The notes under the pieces were generated by a model. The model had not been told where the DNA came from and ran no database searches. It saw nothing but the letters and a program-made list of their open reading frames with translations. A stretch of 64,000 nucleotides of DNA from Paraspadella gotoi (taxonomy: Eukaryota > Animalia > Chaetognatha), in assembly GCA_051294375.1 (NCBI GenBank), contig CM119269.1, forward strand, positions 9,063,619-9,127,618. The letters are read 5' to 3'. Of this stretch, positions 53,338 through 64,000 are shown piece by piece. The position numbers and the translations under genes were made by a program. Position 1 is the stretch's first letter. Each line of letters begins with the position of its first letter.

Positions 53338-55185
53338 TGGGAGGGAGGGTGGCGAGATGCGGCAGTGTTAAAAAAGCCAGAAGACGGACAGAGAAAGAAA
53401 GAGAGAGAGNNNNNNNNNNNNNNNNNNNNNNNNNGTTAAAAAAGCCAGAAGACGGACAGAGAGAAAGAGAGAGAGCGGGAAAGGGAAAGCCATTGAGAGC
53501 GAGTTCCCACCAAAGTTCAATAAATTAATTTAATTACATAAAATCTTTGATAATTTTTCCGATTCAATAATCGAAAAAATAGTTTTGGTAACTCGAAACT
53601 TTAATTTCTATAAATAGATGGAGCGACGACGTTGATAAATCGCGTTGTCTTTTGTTTTCTTCTAATTTTAGTCTCGATTTTATTTTTCAAATTTTTTCTA
53701 GTTTGTACCCCCCCTAACTTGTAGAGTAAAAGTCTAGATCATGATATATTTTAATTTTAGAAATATACAGATTCATACAAGCAATCAAGTCACAGATGAA
53801 TGCGCTATCGAACGGTTTTACTTTTAAATGAGCGTTTCAAGTTTAATTCCAAAATTGCCGATCTCGACTGGTTTGAAGGCCACCTCCGCCTCCTCCTTCG
53901 TCGCCGCTTCCGGCTCCGCCGCCGGCTCCGCCTCCGCCTCCGCCGCAGCCTCCGCCGCCTCCGCCGCCTCCGCCGCCGCCTCCGCCGCCACCCTCTCTCC
54001 TCAAAAGAGATACTGTCTCTCTGGTGAATTCCATTCCCTTCTATCGCCGGATCTCAGATTCCATTACGCCCATGGATTNNNNNNNNNNNNNNNNNNNNNN
54101 NNNNNNNNNNNNNNNNNNNNNNNNNNNNNNNNNNNNNNNNNNNNNNNNNNNNNNNNNNNNNNNNNNNNNNNNAGTTATTTTTTTTCTCTCTTTTATTTTT
54201 ATCCTCATCTCTACTTATTTTTGTTTATGTATGGTTCACTCTCTCCTTTTCTATCTCCCTCTTTTTTTCGGCCTCTTTTTCTCTCTCCATCGTTCCGGGT
54301 TTTTTTGTATTCTCCCTCAGTTATGAACGGTTAAGCCTCTAAGGTTTTTTCCAAACATTTATTAAAAAGATACTCTCTCTCTCTCTCTCTCTCTCCCTCT
54401 CTCCTCAAGAATTTTTCTGGGTAGAATCGTATAAATCTGTTCACGAATTTGTCATTCAAAATCTGAGTCAACTTTTCTATTTCAGGGTTAAACTTTTAAA
54501 GCTCAAGATTTTTTCGGGTAAAAACTTCGATTAAAGCAAGAAAAAGAACATAACCTTAATTTTCTTTCTTTTTCGATTAACATAAGCCTCTCTCTCTCTC
54601 TCNNNNNNNNNNNNNNNNNNNNNNNNNNNNNNNNNNNNNNNNNNNNNNNNNNNNNNNNNNNNNNNNNNNNNNNNNNNNNNNNNNNNNNNNNNNNNNNNNN
54701 NNNNNNNNNNNNNNNNNNNNNNNNNNNNNNNNNNNNNNNNNNNNNNNNNNNCTCTCTCTCTCTCTCTCTCTCAATCTCTCTCTGTCTCTCTTTTCTCTCC
54801 CTCCCCATCCACCCCTCAAATCTTTACCCCCTGTTGTCTTTTTATCAAAATATCAACCCCCTAACTTTTTACTCTCTCTTATTATCAGATAAGAAAAATA
54901 TGTATTATTAATCTTTATTTTTAATATTTATAACGAAATCTCGCTAATTCCTTCATTTCTTAATTTGTACCTAATTCATTCATTCTGCTTCCAAAATATT
55001 AACAGAAAATAGCAGCAGAGAGTGTTGTGCCTCCGACATGACCCCTCATTTTAAGTATCTTATCACCCCATATTAGATAAGGACCCATCTCCCTCTCCCT
55101 CTCCCTGAATAACCTTTCTTTCAAACCTCAAAAAGGGTCAGGGAATCTGGGTTGTAAAACAACTGTTACGAAAACTCGAGATTTA

Positions 55186-55311
<126 letters not shown>

Positions 55312-56644
55312 TCATCGTAATTCACAGGGACCGGCCGAAAAAAATAATTCTCCTGATGATCCTACTTTTCCTTCCGTCAAAAGAAACATGAAAAAAAGAT
55401 GGAATAATTTGGTTGACGTCCGAAGCTGAAACCAAATAAATTCCCAGAAGAAATAATAAATACAGTAAAAACAGAAAAATAAACAGGAAGTACCGTAAAT
55501 TTCTACAAAGCAAAAAAAAAAAAAGTCGATGATGATATTAAACCGAAAAAGAAAAGAAATGTTTACTTTCTTTCTTCTTTTTCCTTTTCCTCCTTTCTTC
55601 TTTCGCTCTCCTCTCTATTTTTCTCAACTTATCTTTTTACTTTTTTTTAACCATTATCGTTATATCCCGCTAGCGTCTTATCTAATAATAGAAATTAAAC
55701 CCCAAAAAACTAAAAAATAAGAAAAAAAATTTTAAAGAAAAAAAAAAACCAAAAAACAATCGAAATAATTTTGGTTTTGAAAGTTGAACCCGAAATTGGG
55801 ACAAAGACATAAATCAGAGCCAACCCTTTTTAGGCCCCAACCGCCGTCACCACCCCCTCCCCTCACCAATCACCATCGCATGATAGAGTGTGGCTAAAAA
55901 AATCAGAGGTTATTTTTCGGTTATATTCATATTAAAACAAATATAATTATGACTCGTAATACTCTCTTAAAAAATTTAAAATTTTCAAAATCTTCTCGGT
56001 TAACGTTGAAAGTTTTAATGCTAATTTATTTAATTTATAATAAGTTTTTTTTAAATAATAATACCTAAATTAAATCTAAACTTTTGTCGAACACCCTACT
56101 TTTTTACAGACGCCGTTAATGCTATTTCAAATTCCGCCTTCTTAAACATTGAATATAAAATCTGAGAGACAGAAAAAAGGGATAGAGGGAGAAGGAAGGA
56201 AGGAAGGAAGGAAGGAAGAGAGGAAAGGGAAAAGAAGAAGGGGATAAAAAAAAAGGAGAAAAAAGAAGACTGTGCAAAATATAAGGGAATTAAAAATCGA
56301 TATAAAAGACCGAAAAAAGAAAAAGGAAAGAAAAGAAAAAAAAAGAAAATCAGAGAAGAGAAGAGAAGAGAAGAGAAGAGAAGAGAAGAGAAGAGAAGAG
56401 AAGAGAAGAGAAGAGAAGAGAAGAAAAAAAGGTCGATGGCCCAGAGGGCGGTAAGAGGAAATGTTGGAGGTTAAAGGGGAGAAACCGATTTGGGGGAGAA
56501 ACATTTTTTTCTTTGGTCCGGTACAGTAAGGTTCGGTTTCTTGGACAAAAAATATTGGTATTGTTCATTCGTACAGTAGTTGTGTTACAATTAAAAACAT
56601 TGGTAATAGCGGCTGTGAATAACAAATAGTCTATTCTAAATTGT

Positions 56645-56702
56645 TTTATGTTATGTTATGTTATGTTATGTTATGTTATTTTATGTTATGTTATGTTATG
56701 TT
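56645..56702 (+). repeat. (TTATG)n microsatellite
   Basis: Read directly from the sequence. Confidence 0.9.
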
Positions 56703-57220
56703 TTTTCTGTTTTTTATGTTCAAGTTTTAAGTTAAACGACTCTAGTGTAAATTACGAAACGAGAGAGTTGAAATAAAATCTCTGGGAACAAAACAAAAAA
56801 AAAACATTAAAGTTCTCAAAATGAAAAAAAAATAACAACAAAAAATAAATAATTTTTTTTTATCAGCAAAAACTGGAACAACAACCGAAATAAATATCAA
56901 AATAAAGAAAAAGACTCTCGACTCTTTCTCAAAAAAAAAAAATGAGGGGAGGGGAAATTCCGACCCCCGTTTTTTTTTTCATCTGCTACCCAATTTGTCC
57001 CTCCCACCCTTTCTCCCTCCCCCACCCCCCAGCCAAATCCCCCCATCTCGTAAGGGGGGGGGAGAACCGAATTTAATGGAAAAGAAAAAATAAACTGAAA
57101 ACCAGAAAAAAAAAAGATTTTTTGATTCGACTTAACTTTTTTTTTCTGCCTCCAGATCCACTTTTCATTTTTAATTCATCAACTTCATTTCCAACGTTTT
57201 GTTTACTTTCTTGGTCGCCC

Positions 57221-57255
<35 letters not shown>

Positions 57256-57575
57256 CGGATCTGGACTTTCGGCGAAAGAGCGCCACCCAGATATTTCCAT
57301 TTTATTTATAACTCGACTCAAATCATTCAAATGAAAAATTTTCAATTCAAAACACAAATGCGCCTGAATATTCTAAAAATATATATATATATTTATAGTC
57401 AGTCACCAAATCAATCAAAAGTCAGTCAGTCATTTAATCAGTAAGTAGGTCCGTCATTCACTCAGTCAGTCTGTCCGTCTTTGATGCAATGCGGCGAATT
57501 TTGATCTTAATACAGGATACATTTTCCAGATCACTCACGATTTTGTTTTCATTTTTCCGACTCAAAAAGAGAGAG

Positions 57576-57639
<64 letters not shown>

Positions 57640-57975
57640 GGAAAGATAAATTCTTAATCCTTCTCTCTCATTCTCTCTCTCACACCCTCTCCCTCCCTCT
57701 CCCGCGCCAGTCCCGAGTTTAAAAGTTCAAATGTGAGAGAGAATCTGTGGCGCAATTAAAAGAAAAAAGGTTTGGACGGGAGATGACAGGGATACTTTTC
57801 GGTTCCGTGAATGAATGAGGGGGAGAGGGAGAGGGAGAGGGCGAATAAAAATGGTGGAGGAGAAAAGAGAGGGAGGAAAAGAAAAAAGAAGGAAAAAAGA
57901 AGGAAAAAGAGGGGTCGGGTTAAGTCGTAAGAGAAAAAGAAGAAGAGAGGAGAAAAAATAAAAAAAAGCAAAATG

Positions 57976-58084
57976 AAAAGAAAAGAAAAGAAAAGAAAAG
58001 AAAAGAAAAGAAAAGAAAAGAAAAGAAAAGAAAAGAAAAGAAAAGAAAAGAAAAGAAAAGAAAAGAACAGAACAGAACAGAACA
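57976..58084 (+). repeat. (AAAAG)n grading into (AACAG)n microsatellite
   Basis: Read directly from the sequence. Confidence 0.92.
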
Positions 58085-58830
58085 ATATGGGTAAAATTGC
58101 GACCAAGTGCAAGAAGGAAAATTAATTGAATTCAATGTCGAACAATCAAAATATATCTCAAATAAATTTGATTTCTCATTTTTTTGTTTATTCTCCTCAT
58201 ATTCTTCATTTTCTTCATTTTCTTCATTTTCTTCATTTTCTTCATTCACCATAGCAGACATTTAATTCTTGTTTGTCTTATTTAATCTCCTTAACTCTAC
58301 TTTAGCCTTTTTGTCTTCCGCTGAGGGGCGCATCGTGGCCTTCGGTTCTTGGGGGTCCCCGTTCCTTTCACCCAGATAGACGACTTCTCTCTCTCTCTCT
58401 CTCTCTCCCTCTGCTCTTCTCTCTCTCTCCTCCCTCCCCCCCCACCGTCTCCCTCTCTTCCCTCTCTCTCTCCGTCTCTTCTCCTCTCTCTCTCCACTCT
58501 CTCTCTCTCTCGCTCTCTCTCTCTCTGCTCTCTCTTACCTGACGTTCTCATCTTCCTCTTTAAATTTTTTGAAATCTCTCTCTCCTCTATCTCGACGATT
58601 GAAAAGCCAATTCTGGTTTAACCCGTGAATGCATGGGAACCGTACAAAGTAATACAAAAGTCAGATAAGCATCTGTATATTCTACGTTGGTGCAATCCTG
58701 CGGCGAAGAGTTGGGAGAGAGATGGGAGAGAGAGATGGTGATGAATTGAGAGAGAGTGATTCAAGGGAAGCGGATGGCGAACGTGGGAGTGGCGAAAACG
58801 TGAGATTGAAATCGGGAATAAAAGCGCATC

Positions 58831-58908
<78 letters not shown>

Positions 58909-59410
58909 GAGGAGGAAGCGCCGGTGTTAGTTTTTCGTTACGCTTTTTCCGATATAACATTTTTCGCCGGATCGAATTACGAAATCTCACGGAGCAACGC
59001 GCGGCGATTGGCTGAGAACGTCTCAACCAATCAAAGGCGCGGATTTCTCTGGGGCATCCGACCAAATCGAATCAAGGGGATTTCGGACGGTGAGAGTGAA
59101 AGAGAGAGAAGAGTGAAAGAGAGCGAAAGAGAGAGAGCGTTTCTAGGATCGAATTTCCCCGGGATCGAGAGAGAGAGAGAGAGAGAAAGAAAAAGAGAGA
59201 GCGAGCAGGCGCTTCCAGCTCCGGATGAAGAGTCTTTATCAAGTAGTCAGATAACAAACCCTTGTTTATTTAACTCAATTTGGGAGTAAACTTAATATTC
59301 AGAAAAACAGAATCCCGCGGACAGAACCGATTACGGGAAGAGGCGGGGAAGATGATGGAAAGATTCTGGGATGGAATTTGAGAGAGAGAGAGAGAGAAGA
59401 GAGAGAGGAG

Positions 59411-59450
<40 letters not shown>

Positions 59451-59672
59451 CTTTTTTCTCCAGCTTAAAAATCTTAAGATGACTGACTATCAGTTCGACA
59501 CATTTTCTTTTTCTTTCTTTCATTCAATTTCTGTTTCGCATTCTTTCTTTCTTTTTCTTTTTAATTTCTTTTTTTCTTTTTTCTCTATCTTCTTCCTCTT
59601 CCTTTTCGCTCCTTCTTCGCGAATCGAGGCCAATTAAGGAGTCAGAGGGATTTGGAAACAAAGTCCACTTCA

Positions 59673-59735
<63 letters not shown>

Positions 59736-60065
59736 CTCTCTCTCTCTCTGCCTCTCTCTTCCAACTCTCTCAGAATTCCATAATTCAAACGAAAGGCGGT
59801 TGCGGCAGCAATCAGTAGCGGGCAGCAGGGGCCGGTGACGACAGCCGGCAGCAGCAGCGGCGACAGCGGAGGCGGCCGCGGGGGTAAGGGTCAGGGGGAA
59901 GAAAGGTAAGCGGAGGGTGGCTAATCCCTTCCTGGAAAATCTGGTTCTGAAGAAAATTTTTTTTTTCCATCGAGGTTCGAAGTATTTCGTTCGCAGTATT
60001 GAAAAAAGGGCATCATCGGAAAGGTATAGAGATGACTGAAGGATAAACGCTCAAGGTAAACTAAT

Positions 60066-60097
<32 letters not shown>

Positions 60098-61653
60098 GCT
60101 CTCTCTCTCTTCTCTCTCTCTCTCTCCCTCTCTCTCTCTCTCTTCTCTCTTCTATCGGCTCACCCTTCGAGCCGCGAGCTGCCCGGGAATTATGATAACA
60201 AAAAAAATACGAGAAAAAAGGGTAAAGTTGTTTTGGACTCTGATTTTTTGGGGTCAAATGGGCATCGACGACGACGACGACGATCACGATGACGGCGATG
60301 ATACACGATGAAGGTCGCCGCCGACGACGAAGACGACGACGAAGACGACGTCGATTTCAACGTGAATATTTTCACAGGTTGCAGGGGCCAAAGTAATTTG
60401 GGTTTTTTGAGTCTTAAAGCCACATTGCTCTTCCCCCTTCCTTACACTCTCTCCTTCCGCCTCTCCTTCCCCTATCCTACCCCTCTTTCCTCTCTCTTCT
60501 CCTCTCTTCCCACTCTCTTCCCCCCTGTCCTTACCTCGCGAGAAATTCCTTAAAAATTAAGGGGGAAAAAAAAAATCGTAGGAGATTGAACGGAAACTCA
60601 ATTGAGAAAGAATGAACTTCAGTTTTGGTAAATGAACTTTCTTTCTTTCTTTCTTTCTTTTTTTCTTTTAGGCCGATTCCAGGAGTTTTCGTATTTATTA
60701 AAAAAAAAAGGAGAAAATACGGCAAAAAAAAGAGCGAAAAAAAAATAATATTTCGCCGATCGGGAGAGAAAAAAAAAAAGAGGAGAGAGAGATAGGAAAA
60801 TTAAAACCCATTTAGAGAAACGACGATGGAAAAGTTGAGAAGAGAAAAAAAAAGAACTTTTTTTTCTTATCCTTTTTTTTTCTACTTTAAATCCTCAGAG
60901 AATAAAGTAAATAAATGAAAAGAAGCTGGAAAGAAATAAATATCAATTAAGGCGGACTTTTTTTTTTTTTAAGAGGCTAACAAAAGACTGGGAAATATCT
61001 CACACAAAACATATTTTTCTTGGGCTCTAGTTTTTTTAGGATTCTTTTAATTTTTGTTGTTTTTTGAACGGTTTTTACAGAAGATAAGATTATTAAAGGG
61101 AATCAAATTGTTGAGAACCGAAATCCTTCCACTATTTGTCCACATCAAACCACATCCGTCACACAACAGCTGACCACATTCCTGTCCACCGACCCTTAAC
61201 TCTTATCCCTTTTTTTTCTCTCTACAATCGAATCTTTAGAATTTCCCTCCATTTAAGTCGGAGGTCAAATTTGTTTACACTACAAACCAGATTGGAAAGA
61301 CGTAATCCCAGTCATTAACCGTCTTAAACCATTTTTCTGTAAATCGCTCAATGATGTTTACTCAAAAAAAAAAGGAACGACTAATATGGACGAATCTGGA
61401 TTGCCCCCTTTCCCTTAATGCCCCATAATTTTTTAGTTTTTTTTTGTTTTTTTTGGCCGGGTTATTTCTTTAATAATACTTGCCTTTCCCCTTGGCTTCT
61501 TGCCTTCTTCCGATATTTCTTCTCTTCTCTTTTTTCCCTCTCTCTTTCATACGTTAATTTAGTTCTCGCTCTTATTTTTTGTTTCTCCTTATTTTTTCTT
61601 TTTCTGTTTTTTCCCTATTTTTTTTCGCTTTCTTTCTTCAGTTTCTTTCTTCA

Positions 61654-61700
<47 letters not shown>

Positions 61701-62297
61701 TCTCTCCTCTTCCTCTCTCTCTTCTCCCCTTTTTACCTTTCTTCTTTTATTTCTTTCTCTCCTTCTTTCATTCATTCTCCCTTCCTACTTTCCCTCATTC
61801 GTTCCCAGATGAGTTTTCGCCCGATATACATCCCTTTTACCCTAGGTGGAAAACCTGCGTATCGTTTCCAGTCAGACAGCTCAGGGCCGAAGTGGGAGGG
61901 AGAGAATTGGGGAGGAGGGGGCGGCCCCATTAGATTAGGAAAACCCCAAGGGCCCTGGGATCGCGGGCAACCCTATCGGGCGTGGGCACCCGGAGGGGCA
62001 TGAGGGGCGGAGCAGTCATTTCCCCCCCTTCGATTATCGTCGTTACGAGGAAAACTTCTGCGGAAAATTGGAGATGAGTGGCGGAGTGGGTGAGTGGGTG
62101 AGTGGGTGAGTGGGTAAGGAAGTTGGGATAAGAAGGAAGAGGAAAAGAGAAAGAGGAAGAATTCCCAGTCAATAAATTCCATTGTCATTGGGTAAGTTGA
62201 AAAATGGTAAGGGTCACTGCGGTAAAGAAGGACATCTTAATTCATATCAGGGCAGGTCTGAAAAAATTGAAANNNNNNNNNNNNNNNNNNNNNNNNN

Positions 62298-63210
62298 CTC
62301 TCTCTCTCTCTCTCTCCTTACCTACGTTCTCATCTTCTCTTTAAATTTTGAAATCTCTCTCTCTCTCTATCTCGACGATTGAAAAAGCCAATTCTGGTTT
62401 AACCCGTCGAATGCATGGGAACCGTACAAAGTAATACAAAAGTCAGATAAGCATCTGTATATTCTACGTTGTGCAATCCTCGGCGGAGAGTTGGGAGAGA
62501 GATGGGAGAGAGAGATGGTGATGATTGAGAGAGAGTGNNNNNNNNNNNNNNNNNNNNNNNNNNNNNNNNNNNNNNNNNNNNNNNNNNNNNNNNNNNNNNN
62601 NNNNNNNNNNNNNNNNNNNNNNNNNNNNNNNNNNNNNNNNNNNNNNNNNNNNNNNNNNNNNNNNNNNNNNNNNNNNNNNNNNNNNNNNNNNNNNNNNNNN
62701 NNNNNNNNNNNNNNNNNNNNNNNNNNNNNNNNNNNNNNNNNNNNNNNNNNNNNNNNNNNNNNNNNNNNNNGAGAGAGAGAGAGGAAGCGCCGGTGTTAGT
62801 TTTTCGTTACGCTTTTTCCGCATAACATTTTTCGCCGGATCGAATTACGAAATCTCACGGAGCAACGCGCGGCGATTGGCTGAGAACGTCTCAACCAATC
62901 AAAGGCGCGGATTTCTGGGGCATCCGACCAATCGAATCAAGGGGATTTCGGACGGTGAGAGTGAAAGAGAGAGAGAGTGAAAGAGAGCGAAAGAGAGAGA
63001 GCGTTTCTAGGATCGAATTTCCCCGGGATCAGAGAGAGAGAGAGAGAGAGAAAGAAAGAGAGAGCGAGCAGGCGCTTCCAGCTCCGGATGAAGAGTCTTT
63101 ATCAAGTAGTCAGATAACAAACCCTTGTTTATTTAACTCAATTTGGGAAGTAAACTTAATATCAGAAAAAACAGAATCCCCGGACAGAACCGATTAACGG
63201 GAAGAGGCGG
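62298..63210 (+). repeat. Duplicate of ~58520-59346
   Basis: Near-identical text, e.g. gaatgcatgggaaccgtacaaagtaatacaaaagtcagataagc and gcaggcgcttccagctccggatgaagagtc. Follows the 25-N gap at 62273-62297. Confidence 0.9.
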
Positions 63211-64000
63211 GTTAAATTAATAAATACCTAATTAATCTAAACTTTTGTCGAACACCCTACTTTTTTTACAGACGCCGTTTAATGCTATTTCAAATTCCGC
63301 CTTCTTAAAACATTGATATAACTTGAGAGACAGAAAAAAGGTGATAGGGAAGAAGGAAGGAAGGAAGGAAGGAAGGAGAGAGGAAAGGGAAAAGAAGAAG
63401 GGGATAAAAAAAAGGAGAAAAAAGAAGACTGTGCAAAATATAAGGGAATTAAAAATCGATATAAAAAGACCGAAAAAAGAAAAGGAAAGAAAAGAAAAAA
63501 AAAAAAGGGAAGAAAATCAGAGAGAGAAAGAGAAGAAGAAGAGAAAGTAGAAGAGAAGAGAGAAGAGAAGAGAAAGAGAAGAGAAGAGAGAGAAGAGAAG
63601 AGAAAGAGAAGAAAAAAAAAGGTCGATGGCCCAGAGGGCGGTAAGAGGAAATGTTGGAGGTTAAAGGGGAGAAACGATTTGGGGGAGAGAAACATTTTTT
63701 CTTTGGTCCGGTACAGTAAGGTTCGGTTTCTTGGACAAAAATATTGGTATTTGTTCATTCGTACAGTAGTTGTGTTACAATTAAAAACATTGGTATAGCG
63801 GCTGTGAATAACAAATAGTCTATTCTAAATTGTTTTATGTTATGTTATGTTATGTTATGTTAGTTATTTTATGTTATGTTATGTTATGTTTTTTTCTGTT
63901 TTTTAATGTTCAAGTTTTAAGTTAAACGACTCTAGTGTAAATTACGAAACGAGAGGAGTTGAAATAAAATCTTCTGGGAACAAACAAAAAAAAAAAAAAA
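63211..64000 (+). repeat. Duplicate of ~56051-56805
   Basis: Near-identical text, e.g. aacttttgtcgaacaccctac, ggtcgatggcccagagggcggtaagagg, and the (TTATG)n tract. Confidence 0.9.

Overview
Eukaryotic (most likely arthropod or other protostome) draft-assembly DNA, very rich in (AG/CT)n and other microsatellites, with many N gaps. One protein-coding gene is well supported: a multi-exon ARID3-family transcription factor (dead ringer/retained, ortholog of vertebrate ARID3A/B/C) on the minus strand. I reconstructed eight GT-AG exons from 45652 down to the stop at 39878. They encode an ARID DNA-binding domain with the ARID3 C-terminal extension and a C-terminal REKLES-beta motif. One GC-rich exon carries a net frameshift, and the start exon is uncertain (candidate at 49049-49434). 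Nearly all ORFs in the supplied track are microsatellite, gap or noise artefacts. Positions ~1-21800 are an insertion-rich, raw-long-read-quality second copy of ~22830-34415. Several other duplications and a ~1.6 kb palindrome lie next to gaps of exactly 25 N, consistent with long-read gap filling (PBJelly-like). I found no evidence of a novel prokaryote-type system (no CRISPR, operon or tRNA/rRNA). The biological leads are modest and concern the structure and regulation of the ARID3 gene and a few repeats.
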